From: Clostridia bacterium
Lineage (GTDB): Bacteria > Bacillota > Clostridia > UMGS1883
Length of the DNA: 64,000 nt
Direction of reading: 5' to 3'
NCBI GenBank assembly: GCA_045656645.1
Contig: JAZORN010000081.1
Coordinates: 490-64,489 of the forward strand
The position numbers and the translations under genes were made by a program. This document shows, one piece after another, positions 8,481-17,691 of this stretch (positions are counted from its first letter, which is position 1; every line of letters begins with the position of its first letter). Below the pieces are notes generated by a model. The model saw only the letters and a program-made list of their open reading frames with translations. It was not told the DNA's origin and made no database searches.

Positions 8481-9305
8481 TTGAATAAAATTGCACTGAT
8501 TATCAATTATGATAAAAAAAACGCCTACGCAGTTGCGTCAGAGCTTGTGTCATTTTTAAAGGATAAGGCAGAGGTTTACTGTCCTGACACATACGAAGAA
8601 ATTCCACTTGGAGTAACCCCCGTAGAAGAAGAAAAGCTTTTTTCTCTCTGCCGTGTTGTTGCCGTTTTAGGCGGTGACGGAACTATAATTGCGACGGCAA
8701 AAAAATGTGCAGAGCATAAAAACATTCTGCTTGGGATTAACATAGGAAATCTTGGCTACCTTTCAACCTTTGAAAGCTCCAATCTTTCTAATGCCGCACG
8801 CCTTTTATTAAGCGACGATATTCATTATGATGACAGATATATGCTTTGTGTGCGCATTTTTTCATCCGGAAAAGAGACTATGTGCTATCACGCACTTAAT
8901 GAAATTGTATTAAGCCGTGCTGACGGCTCCCGTCTTGCAGATTTTACTGCATATCATAACGGCAAAACAGTTTGTCATTACCGTGCTGACGGAATTATTG
9001 CATCTACCCCCACGGGTTCTACTGCCTATTCCCTTTCTGCGGGCGGTCCCGTTGTATCTCCCGATGCAGATGCAATGCTCCTTACCCCTATTTGCCCGCA
9101 TATGCTTCGGGCACGACCGATTGTACTTCCGCCAAAGCTTGTTAAAATTAAATCCGACTGTGCCGCCCAGCTTAGTGTTGACGGACAGATTTTCTCAAGT
9201 GTCGGAAAGGACGATTATATAACAATTGAAAAATCACAGTATACAGCACGCCTTGTACATAGCGAGGATTTAAGCTTTTACGATATACTACAAAAAAAGT
9301 TATGA
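8481..9305 (+). CDS. nadK: NAD(+) kinase
   Basis: GGDGT motif and NIGNLGYL. The start codon is TTG. The nadK-argR-recN order is conserved in Firmicutes. Confidence 0.9.
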   Translation: MNKIALIINYDKKNAYAVASELVSFLKDKAEVYCPDTYEEIPLGVTPVEEEKLFSLCRVVAVLGGDGTIIATAKKCAEHKNILLGINIGNLGYLSTFESSNLSNAARLLLSDDIHYDDRYMLCVRIFSSGKETMCYHALNEIVLSRADGSRLADFTAYHNGKTVCHYRADGIIASTPTGSTAYSLSAGGPVVSPDADAMLLTPICPHMLRARPIVLPPKLVKIKSDCAAQLSVDGQIFSSVGKDDYITIEKSQYTARLVHSEDLSFYDILQKKL

Positions 9306-9319
9306 TAGAGGATTAAGAT

Positions 9320-9772
9320 ATGAGAAATAAAAGACACGATGCGATACTTTCGCTGATAAACGAAAAAAACATTGAAACTCAGCAGGACCTTACCGTTGCC
9401 CTTGGCGAGATTGGTTTTGACGTAACTCAGGCGACTGTTTCAAGAGATATTAAAGAGCTTCGCCTTTTAAAACGCCTTAACAGCGACGGAAGATATGTTT
9501 ATGCGCAAAATGCCGCTGCCGCTGATGATGATATTTCAGATAAAATGTCCATTATTTTTAATAAAAGCGTGGTAAGTGTTGACTTTGCAATGAACACTAT
9601 CGTTATAAAAACGCTTGCAGGTATGGCGCAGGGTGCTGCATCTGCACTTGACGCAATGCATTTTTCGCAGTGTCTCGGCACTATTGCAGGCGACGACACT
9701 ATTTTTGTTATAACCCGCAGCGAGGAGGCTGCACAAAAGCTTTGTAAAAAATTTAAAAATATGGTGGATTAA
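9320..9772 (+). CDS. argR: Arginine repressor
   Basis: 150 aa with the winged-helix QATVSRDIKEL and the C-terminal oligomerisation motif GTIAGDDTIFV. Confidence 0.9.
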   Translation: MRNKRHDAILSLINEKNIETQQDLTVALGEIGFDVTQATVSRDIKELRLLKRLNSDGRYVYAQNAAAADDDISDKMSIIFNKSVVSVDFAMNTIVIKTLAGMAQGAASALDAMHFSQCLGTIAGDDTIFVITRSEEAAQKLCKKFKNMVD

Positions 9773-9773
9773 T

Positions 9774-11414
9774 ATGCTTATTGGGCTTGATATTGAAAAC
9801 ATAGCAGTTATTGAGCGTGCATCTATCGAGTTTGAAAACGGGCTTAACGTAGTAACGGGCGAAACAGGCGCAGGCAAAACACTGCTTATCAATTCTCTTA
9901 ATATGGTGCTCGGCTGTCGTACTGCAAAGGACCTTATACGCGAAGGAACAGATTATGCACGGGTTAGTGCCGTTTTTTTCTGCAATGGGATTGACAGTAT
10001 TCTTGAGGAAAATAATATTCCCACTGATGATAATAATGTAATTATCTCCCGAAAGCTTTACCGTGACGGCAGAAATATCTGCCATATTAACTCTATGGCG
10101 GTTAATGTTTCACTTCTTCGCACTGTCGGGGAAAGGCTTGTCGTTATTCACGGTCAACGTGACAGCGGGGAAATTATTGACACATCCTCCCATATACATT
10201 TTCTTGACGAATTTTCTAAAAACGCTGACCTTTTAGAAGAATATAAAGTTCTTTATAAAGAGCTTAAGGAGACGGAAAATACACTAAACAAATTAAATGA
10301 CGATTTTCTGTCCAGACAAAACGAAATAGATTATTTAAAATATCAGACGGCAGAAATTGAAAATGCCGCTCTTTCCCCTGACGAGGAAAATGAGCTTATT
10401 GAACGAAAAAAGCTTCTCGAAAATGCGGAGGCAATAAGTCTTCATTCTGAAAAAGCCTACTCTCTTTTATCTACGGGCGGTGCTAAAGACCTTCTTTATG
10501 ATGCTATGAGGGAGCTTGAAAGGTTATCCTCTATTGATTCCGATGCACAGAGCTATCACTCAAAAGCTGCCGACCTTTATTATGAGGTTGAGGAGCTTTC
10601 CCGTGATGTGTCCTCTTACCTTTCACATATGGATTTTTCCCCGTATGAGCTCAGGGATATTAATGACCGACTTGACATAATTAACACTCTTAAAAGAAAA
10701 TACAATGGGGAAATATCAGATATTCTTGAATTTTATGAAACTGCCACAAAGAGGCTTTCACTCCTCTTATCATACGACGAAAACAAGGCAGAGCTTGAAG
10801 AAAAGCATAAAAAGCTATTAGAGGAAATTGAAAGAGCTGCACAAAGGCTTTCACTTTCACGTCATAAAAATGCACAGGTTTTGTCAGAAAAACTTATGGC
10901 AGAGCTTTCACAGCTTGATATGTCAGGGTGCCGCGTGGAATTTTCATTCTCCCCTGCCCCATATGGCGAAAACGGAAATGAGGCGGTGGAGCTTTTAATA
11001 TCAACCGATCCTATGCAATCACCTAAGCCCATTGCAAAAATAGCATCAGGCGGTGAAATCAGCAGAGTAATGCTTGCAATTAAATCCGTATTTTCGGACT
11101 TTGACAAAATCCCAACTCTGCTTTTTGACGAAATTGATACGGGCGTTTCGGGAAGAGCGGCTGAAAAAATTGCAAATAAAATGAAATCGCTTTCAAATAA
11201 TTATCAGCTTATATGTGTTACGCATCTTCCGATAATTGCTTCAAGTGGTACGCATCATCTGCTGATAGAAAAAAATATGACAGACAACGGCTTTAAAACA
11301 ACTATACGTGCGCTTAATGAGGATGAGAGAATTTCTGAAATTGCACGTATAATAAGCGGTGATAATATTAACGAAATTTCGCTGAAAAACGCATCACAGA
11401 TGCTTGGTTTATAA
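9774..11414 (+). CDS. recN: DNA repair protein RecN
   Basis: Walker A GETGAGKT, a long coiled-coil middle region, and the C-terminal ASGGEISRVMLA signature followed by LLFDEIDTG. Confidence 0.95.
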   Translation: MLIGLDIENIAVIERASIEFENGLNVVTGETGAGKTLLINSLNMVLGCRTAKDLIREGTDYARVSAVFFCNGIDSILEENNIPTDDNNVIISRKLYRDGRNICHINSMAVNVSLLRTVGERLVVIHGQRDSGEIIDTSSHIHFLDEFSKNADLLEEYKVLYKELKETENTLNKLNDDFLSRQNEIDYLKYQTAEIENAALSPDEENELIERKKLLENAEAISLHSEKAYSLLSTGGAKDLLYDAMRELERLSSIDSDAQSYHSKAADLYYEVEELSRDVSSYLSHMDFSPYELRDINDRLDIINTLKRKYNGEISDILEFYETATKRLSLLLSYDENKAELEEKHKKLLEEIERAAQRLSLSRHKNAQVLSEKLMAELSQLDMSGCRVEFSFSPAPYGENGNEAVELLISTDPMQSPKPIAKIASGGEISRVMLAIKSVFSDFDKIPTLLFDEIDTGVSGRAAEKIANKMKSLSNNYQLICVTHLPIIASSGTHHLLIEKNMTDNGFKTTIRALNEDERISEIARIISGDNINEISLKNASQMLGL

Positions 11415-11427
11415 GGAGGCATACTAT

Positions 11428-11841
11428 ATGGAACAAATCGGTGAAGTGGTAGAGCTTCGCGGAAGACGTGCGCTTGTAAGAATACGCCGCACCTCTGCCT
11501 GCGGGGAAAACTGCTCACAATGCAGCGGCGAATGTAAGCCTACCGCAACCCTTGTAGAGGCTACAAACGGAATATTCGCAAAGGTAGGAGATACTGTAAA
11601 GCTTCAGATGAATTCAGCAAGCTTTCTTTTCCTTGCCTTTATCGGCTATATCCTCCCCATTCTTGTATGTATCGCCGCATATTTTATTACAGAAAAAATT
11701 ACTGACAATGTTATCCTTTCAGATATTGCAGCAATTGCGTCTTTGGTAGGAGTACTTGTTATATTTTTCATAGTGGACAAGCTTAAACCCAAGCGCAAAT
11801 CAAGCAGATTTTCAAGCAGGATAATAAAAATTTTACGTTAG
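11428..11841 (+). CDS. RseC/SoxR-reducing-system family membrane protein
   Basis: GEVVELRGRRALVRIRRTSACGENCSQCSGEC followed by two TM helices. The ATG at 11428 is preceded by AAGGAGG; the track start is 11404. Confidence 0.7.
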   Translation: MEQIGEVVELRGRRALVRIRRTSACGENCSQCSGECKPTATLVEATNGIFAKVGDTVKLQMNSASFLFLAFIGYILPILVCIAAYFITEKITDNVILSDIAAIASLVGVLVIFFIVDKLKPKRKSSRFSSRIIKILR

Positions 11842-11851
11842 GAGAAAAACA

Positions 11852-12508
11852 ATGATAAAAGCATGCATCTTTGATATGGACGGGACAACCGTAAACACTA
11901 TTAATTCAATAGCATATTTCGCTAACAATGCTCTTTCCAAAGCAGGACTTCCTGCAATAGATACAGAAGAATATAAAATTCTTGTAGGAAACGGTGCTAA
12001 AGTCCTTGTAGAAAGAATGATTGAAAAAGTAGGCGGAAATAAAGAGCATTTTGACACAGTTTACCCCGAATACAACACAACCTATGATAATGACTTTTTA
12101 TATCTTACAGAGCCGTACGAGGGTATAATTGATATGCTTAAAGCACTTAAGGCGCAGGGAATTACTGTTGCAATTCTTTCAAATAAGCCACATAATACAG
12201 CTCTTAAGGTTTCTGATGCCCTTTTTGGAAGCGACCTTGTCGATATTTGCTACGGTGCAAGAGACGGTATCGCACTTAAGCCTGACCCTGAGGGTGTTTT
12301 TGGTATATTAAGTGAGCTGAATGTAAAAAATAATGAATGTCTTTACATAGGTGACACCGCAACAGATATGAAAACGGGAAAAGGCGCAAATCTTTATACC
12401 GTCGGTGTTTTATGGGGTTTTCGTAAACGTGAAGAACTCGAAGAAAACGGTGCAGATGCAATCATCTCCCACCCATCAGAGCTTTTAGATATCATAAGCA
12501 ATATGTGA
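11852..12508 (+). CDS. HAD-family hydrolase (phosphoglycolate phosphatase-like)
   Basis: Motif I FDMDGT, motif II SNK, and motif IV-like GDTATDM. Confidence 0.8.
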   Translation: MIKACIFDMDGTTVNTINSIAYFANNALSKAGLPAIDTEEYKILVGNGAKVLVERMIEKVGGNKEHFDTVYPEYNTTYDNDFLYLTEPYEGIIDMLKALKAQGITVAILSNKPHNTALKVSDALFGSDLVDICYGARDGIALKPDPEGVFGILSELNVKNNECLYIGDTATDMKTGKGANLYTVGVLWGFRKREELEENGADAIISHPSELLDIISNM

Positions 12509-12530
12509 TTTTACATTGGAGGAACATAAT

Positions 12531-14291
12531 ATGGACTTTTTCTCAATACTTACATTAATCGGCGGTCTTTCCCTCTTCCTTTACGGAATGGATGCAATGG
12601 GCGACGGACTGAAAAAGCTTTCAGGCGGTAAGCTTGAAAGTATTTTAGGAAACCTCACCTCAACAAGGTTAAAGGCATTTTTCCTTGGCTTTGTGGTTAC
12701 TGCAATAATTCAGTCATCTTCTGCCACAACAGTTATGCTTGTAGGCTTTGTTAATGCCGGCATTATGAAGCTTGGACAAACGCTCAGCATTATTATGGGT
12801 GCAAATATCGGTACAACCGTTACAGCGTGGCTCTTAAGTCTTACGGGGATAAGCGGTGAAAGCTTTTTTATAAGAATACTCAAGCCCTCTTCCTTTACTC
12901 CTATTCTTGCGGCAATCGGTATTATTATGACAATGGTTGCACGCTCTGATAAGAAAAAGGACATCGGCTCCATTCTTTTAGGCTTTGCAATTCTGATGTT
13001 CGGTATGGAAACAATGAGCGATTCTATGAGCGGGCTTAAAGATTCACCGTCATTTGCAAAAATGCTCATTATGTTCCAGAATCCGATAATGGGTATCCTT
13101 TCAGGTACAATTCTTACGGCTATTATTCAGTCTTCTTCTGCATCAGTCGGTATTTTGCAGGCACTTGCACAAACAGGTATTATCCCTATTTCAACGGCTA
13201 TACCGATTATACTCGGCCAAAATATCGGTACAACCATTACGCCCATTCTTTCATCTATAAGCGGTAACACCGACTCAAAGCGTGTTGCGCTCGCGTGTCT
13301 TTATATAAAGATGCTTGGCGTTTTTGTTGTAAGTATCGTATTTTATATATTAAACTGGATTTTTGTTTTCCCGTTTATGGACGCATATGCTTCTGCATTT
13401 AATATTGCGGTAATTCATACGCTGTTTAATATCTTCTCAACAATTATCCTGATGCCGTTTTGTAACCTTATTGAAAAGCTTACCGTGCTTTCTGTACGTC
13501 ATAAAGAGCACGATGATACAAACGACAACTCTGCTTTCAGTGCACTTGACGAAAGATTTCTTTCTGTTCCGTCTTTTGCGCTTGAAACCTGCCGCAGACT
13601 TGTATCTGCAATGGCGGCAATTTCTAAAAAGTCACTTATCAGCTCAATTGACCTTTTGACAGAATTTGATGAAACCATTTCAGCGCAAATTGTTGCCAGC
13701 GAGGATGAAGTTGACCTTTACGAGGATAAGACAAGCTCCTATCTTCTTAAAATTTCAGAACAGCCTCTCTCCGTAAAAGACAGCCGTGAGGTTTCACAGC
13801 TTCTTCACGTTATCGGTGATGTAGAGCGTATTTCTGACCACTCAATAAATATTCTTCGTGCGGCACGCGAAATAAGCGAAAAGAATATAACTTTTTCTGA
13901 TGAAGCTCGTCACGAGCTTAAAGTAATTTCAAACGCAGTAAGAGAGGTTCTCTCCCTTGCGATAGAAGCACTTGTTAACGAGGACCTTAATGTAGCAAAA
14001 AAGGTAGAGCCGCTTGAACAGATTATTGACAAGCTCAAATATAAAATCAAGAAAAATCATATCAAGCGTCTTCGTGAGGGCGGTTGTACAATAGAACTCG
14101 GTTTTGTTCTTTCAGATATTTTAAACAACTTTGAAAGAGTTGCAGACCACTGTTCAAACATCGCTGTTTGTCTTCTTGAAATTGACAATAACTCCTTTGA
14201 AACGCACGAATACCTTAACAATGTCAAGGAAACAGGCGCAAATGAATTCTTTGAATTCTATGATATGTATAAACAGCGCTATACGCTTTAA
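12531..14291 (+). CDS. Na/Pi cotransporter family protein with C-terminal PhoU-like repeats (paralog 1)
   Basis: Duplicated QSSSAT/QSSSAS transporter repeats and two ERISDH/ERVADH PhoU-type motifs. The ATG at 12531 lies 8 nt after GGAGGA. Confidence 0.9.
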   Translation: MDFFSILTLIGGLSLFLYGMDAMGDGLKKLSGGKLESILGNLTSTRLKAFFLGFVVTAIIQSSSATTVMLVGFVNAGIMKLGQTLSIIMGANIGTTVTAWLLSLTGISGESFFIRILKPSSFTPILAAIGIIMTMVARSDKKKDIGSILLGFAILMFGMETMSDSMSGLKDSPSFAKMLIMFQNPIMGILSGTILTAIIQSSSASVGILQALAQTGIIPISTAIPIILGQNIGTTITPILSSISGNTDSKRVALACLYIKMLGVFVVSIVFYILNWIFVFPFMDAYASAFNIAVIHTLFNIFSTIILMPFCNLIEKLTVLSVRHKEHDDTNDNSAFSALDERFLSVPSFALETCRRLVSAMAAISKKSLISSIDLLTEFDETISAQIVASEDEVDLYEDKTSSYLLKISEQPLSVKDSREVSQLLHVIGDVERISDHSINILRAAREISEKNITFSDEARHELKVISNAVREVLSLAIEALVNEDLNVAKKVEPLEQIIDKLKYKIKKNHIKRLREGGCTIELGFVLSDILNNFERVADHCSNIAVCLLEIDNNSFETHEYLNNVKETGANEFFEFYDMYKQRYTL

Positions 14292-14299
14292 TTTTACAC

Positions 14300-14335
14300 A
14301 GATTTAACATAAACTGCGTTTTAGATTTAACATAA
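14300..14335 (+). promoter_or_regulatory. Direct repeat AGATTTAACATAA x2 (23-nt period), candidate response-regulator (Pho-box-like) site
   Basis: Perfect 13-mers at 14300-14312 and 14323-14335 each contain TTAACA. They end 25 nt upstream of TATAAT (14360-14365), and no -35 hexamer is evident. Confidence 0.3.
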
Positions 14336-14386
14336 GTGTTATAAAATACTTTCTGTACATATAATCAGACAGAAAGGACAATGATT

Positions 14387-16132
14387 ATGGATTTATTTGC
14401 ATTTTTAACACTTGTGGGCGGGCTTGCCATTTTTCTGTTCGGTATGAACGTAATGGGCGACGGACTTGAAAGGTGCGGCGGTAATAAGCTCAAAAAAATT
14501 CTTGAAAACGTAACCCAGAACCCATTAAAGGGTATTTTATTAGGACTTGGTGTAACGGCTATTATACAGAGTTCTTCTGCAACAACCGTTATGGTTGTCG
14601 GCTTTGTAAACTCGGGCATAATGAAGCTTTCACAGTCAATCAGTATAATTATGGGTGCCAATATCGGTACTACCGTTACTGCGTGGCTCTTAAGCCTTAC
14701 AGGTCTTGAAAGCAGCAATCTTTTTGTTAAACTTTTAAAGCCTTCCTCCTTCTCTCCTGTTCTTGCTATCATAGGTATATCTCTTATGATGTTTTCAAAA
14801 AGCAGTAAAAAGAAGGACATCGGCTCTGTTATGATAGGCTTTGCGGTACTTATTACGGGAATGGATATGATGAGCGGTGCCGTTTCAGGGCTTAAGGATA
14901 ACGAGGCTTTTACAAGCATATTCACGCTTTTCTCAAACCCGATACTTGGAATACTGACAGGTGCAATTCTTACTGCAATTATTCAGTCATCATCTGCATC
15001 TGTAGGTATTTTGCAGGCACTTTCCACAACGGGCAGCGTTACTTATTCAAATGCTATCCCGATTATACTCGGACAAAATATTGGTACTTGTATAACGGCT
15101 ATTCTCTCCGCAATCGGCACAACGAAAAATGCACGCCGTGCCGCTGTCGTACACCTTTCATTTAACGTTATCGGTGCAGTTTCTTTCGCAATTATATTTT
15201 ACAGCATCAAGGCATTTATAGATTTTCCTTTTATCAATAATTCTGTAAATTCTGTTGGAATTGCCGTAATCCATACAATATTTAATGTACTGGCTACCTC
15301 GGTAATGCTACCCTTTATAAAGCAGCTTGAAAAGCTTGCATATATTATAATTCCCGATAACGATGTAAAGGAGAAAAAGCAGCTTCTTGACGAAAGACTT
15401 CTTGTTACTCCTCCCGTTGCACTTTCACACGCAAAAAATATTACAGTTAAAATGGCACACACGTCAAAAAGTGCTATTGATGCTTCACTTAGTTTAATTG
15501 GAAACTTTGACGCAAAAGAAGCAGATAAAGTAAATTCATACGAAGATGCGGCAGATATGTACGAGGATTGTCTTGGTGATTACCTCGTAAAGCTTTGCCG
15601 TGAAAGCCTTAACGCAAGTGACAGCCGTGAGGTTTCATCGCTTCTGCACTGTATCGGTGATTTTGAGCGTATTTCTGACCACGCAGTAAACATTTGCGAT
15701 GTCGCACGTGAGCTTGACGAGAAAGGAATTGTATTTTCAGATGCTGCACAAAAAGAAATTAAGGTTATGTGCAGTGCTTTAAGTGAGATTATAGCTCTTA
15801 CTGTAGATGCGTTTGAACACTCCGACCTTCAAAAGGCTCAGCTTGTAGAGCCTCTTGAGGAAACAGTTGATTACCTTCGTGCAAAGCTTAAGGAAGGTCA
15901 CGTAGCTCGTCTTAAAGACGGTGAGTGTACGATTGAAACGGGATTTATCTTCTCTGACTTTCTTATCAACTGCGAAAGAGTGTCTGACCATTGTTCAAAC
16001 ATTGCCGCTTGTATGCTTGAAACTGCACACGAAAGCTTTGAGATGCACGGCTATCTTTCCCGTGTTAAGGCAGGCACTCAGAATGACTTTAATCTTCAAT
16101 GCGAATTTTACAAAAGAAAATACGCTCTATAA
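14387..16132 (+). CDS. Na/Pi cotransporter family protein with PhoU-like repeats (paralog 2)
   Basis: Collinear with paralog 1; by eye roughly two-thirds of N-terminal residues are identical. The start MDLFAF aligns with MDFFSI of paralog 1. Confidence 0.9.
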   Translation: MDLFAFLTLVGGLAIFLFGMNVMGDGLERCGGNKLKKILENVTQNPLKGILLGLGVTAIIQSSSATTVMVVGFVNSGIMKLSQSISIIMGANIGTTVTAWLLSLTGLESSNLFVKLLKPSSFSPVLAIIGISLMMFSKSSKKKDIGSVMIGFAVLITGMDMMSGAVSGLKDNEAFTSIFTLFSNPILGILTGAILTAIIQSSSASVGILQALSTTGSVTYSNAIPIILGQNIGTCITAILSAIGTTKNARRAAVVHLSFNVIGAVSFAIIFYSIKAFIDFPFINNSVNSVGIAVIHTIFNVLATSVMLPFIKQLEKLAYIIIPDNDVKEKKQLLDERLLVTPPVALSHAKNITVKMAHTSKSAIDASLSLIGNFDAKEADKVNSYEDAADMYEDCLGDYLVKLCRESLNASDSREVSSLLHCIGDFERISDHAVNICDVARELDEKGIVFSDAAQKEIKVMCSALSEIIALTVDAFEHSDLQKAQLVEPLEETVDYLRAKLKEGHVARLKDGECTIETGFIFSDFLINCERVSDHCSNIAACMLETAHESFEMHGYLSRVKAGTQNDFNLQCEFYKRKYAL

Positions 16133-16159
16133 ACAAAAATATATTAAGAAGGTCTCCCT

Positions 16160-17011
16160 ATGAAACAAAAAAGATTAGTCACAATTCAGGATTTATCATG
16201 CTTTGGGAAGTGCTCTATAACAGCAGCACTTCCCGTTATTTCCGCACTCGGAACGGAGGCGGTTGTTCTTCCTACGGCTGTTCTTTCCACTCATACGGGG
16301 GAATTTATTAATTACACTTTTCATCCCCTTGAAAACGAGTTTGACCGTATCAGCGCCCATTGGGCAAGCCTCAAAATAGAATTTGATGCTATTTACGTTG
16401 GATATATCGGTTCCGTTACATTAATTAATGCCGTATCACGCTTTATAGACCGTTTCAAAAAAGAAAACACTGTGGTTTTCATTGACCCCGCAATGGCAGA
16501 TAACGGGAAATTCTACAGCGGTCTTGGCAAGGATTATGCAAATGCACTTTCTTCTCTTTGCACAAAGGCAGACATTATCTCCCCCAATATTACGGAGGCG
16601 ATGATTTTATCAGGACTTAATCCTGAGGATTATAAAAATGTAACTGACATAAAAGAAATTTGTAAGAAGCTTTCCTCTCTTTGTGACAACGTCATAATTA
16701 CAGGGGTACATAAAAAGGATACTATATCCACCATAGCATATCAAAAGAGTACGTCTTCATTTACCCAAGCCGAAAAACCTATTTATGACGGTGTTTTCTA
16801 CGGCGCAGGCGACCTTTTTGCAAGTGCCTTTATCGGTATGTATGTGAATGGTGCGTCGCTCTCGGATGCGGTTACAAACGCCAGTGCATTTGTAAATGAC
16901 TGCATTATAAAAACCCTTGATGAGAGGGAAAAGTGTTGGTACGGATTAAAGTTTGAGCAAAGTCTTCACCTTTTATGTGATTATTACCAAAAGCTGAGGT
17001 GTGATAAATGA
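16160..17011 (+). CDS. pdxK: Pyridoxal/pyridoxamine kinase
   Basis: 283 aa in the ribokinase-like family. The N-terminus QDLSCFGKCSITAALPVISALG is typical of Firmicute PdxK. The stop overlaps the next start (ATGA). Confidence 0.75.
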   Translation: MKQKRLVTIQDLSCFGKCSITAALPVISALGTEAVVLPTAVLSTHTGEFINYTFHPLENEFDRISAHWASLKIEFDAIYVGYIGSVTLINAVSRFIDRFKKENTVVFIDPAMADNGKFYSGLGKDYANALSSLCTKADIISPNITEAMILSGLNPEDYKNVTDIKEICKKLSSLCDNVIITGVHKKDTISTIAYQKSTSSFTQAEKPIYDGVFYGAGDLFASAFIGMYVNGASLSDAVTNASAFVNDCIIKTLDEREKCWYGLKFEQSLHLLCDYYQKLRCDK

Positions 17012-17691
17012 TACAGATATATTGCGTCGAGGACGATGCGTCTATAAGAGAGCTTCTCGTTTATACATTAAATGCCTCGGGGTTTTGTGCGCAGGGCTTT
17101 GAGTCTGCGCACGATTTCTTTGGAGAAGTCGAAAAATCTCTTCCCCGGCTTATTCTTCTTGATATAATGCTTCCTGATACAGACGGAATGGAAATCCTTA
17201 AAATTCTTAAAAGCACACCTGCGACCTCTGAAATCCCCGTAATTATGCTTACGGCAAAGGGCGACAGACTTGATAAAATCAAAGGACTTGACGGTGGAGC
17301 AGATGACTACGTTACTAAACCCTTTGACATACTTGAGCTTATTTCCCGTGTAAGAGCAGTTCTGAGAAGAAGTTCACAGTCATCACCTCAAACAACCGAG
17401 CTCTCCTGCGGAAAAATAGCTATAAATACCTCGTCACACAAAGTGTATACTGACGGCACAGAGGTTATTCTCACCTATAAGGAATACGAGCTTCTTAGTA
17501 TTCTGATTGCCAATAAAGGAAATGTTATAAGCCGCTCTTCCCTGCTCGATAAAGTATGGGGTATTGATTTTGAGGGGGAAACAAGAACTCTTGATGTTCA
17601 TATAAGGAGTCTTCGTCAAAAGCTTGGCGATAGTGCAAAGTATATTGAAACAGTAAGAAATGTAGGATACAGGGTGAGTGAAAATGTATAA
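17008..17691 (+). CDS. OmpR/PhoB-family response regulator (PhoP-like)
   Basis: Receiver domain (LLDIMLPDTDG, MLTAKG) plus a winged-helix output domain (TLDVHIRSLRQKL, VRNVGYR). Confidence 0.9.
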   Translation: MIQIYCVEDDASIRELLVYTLNASGFCAQGFESAHDFFGEVEKSLPRLILLDIMLPDTDGMEILKILKSTPATSEIPVIMLTAKGDRLDKIKGLDGGADDYVTKPFDILELISRVRAVLRRSSQSSPQTTELSCGKIAINTSSHKVYTDGTEVILTYKEYELLSILIANKGNVISRSSLLDKVWGIDFEGETRTLDVHIRSLRQKLGDSAKYIETVRNVGYRVSENV

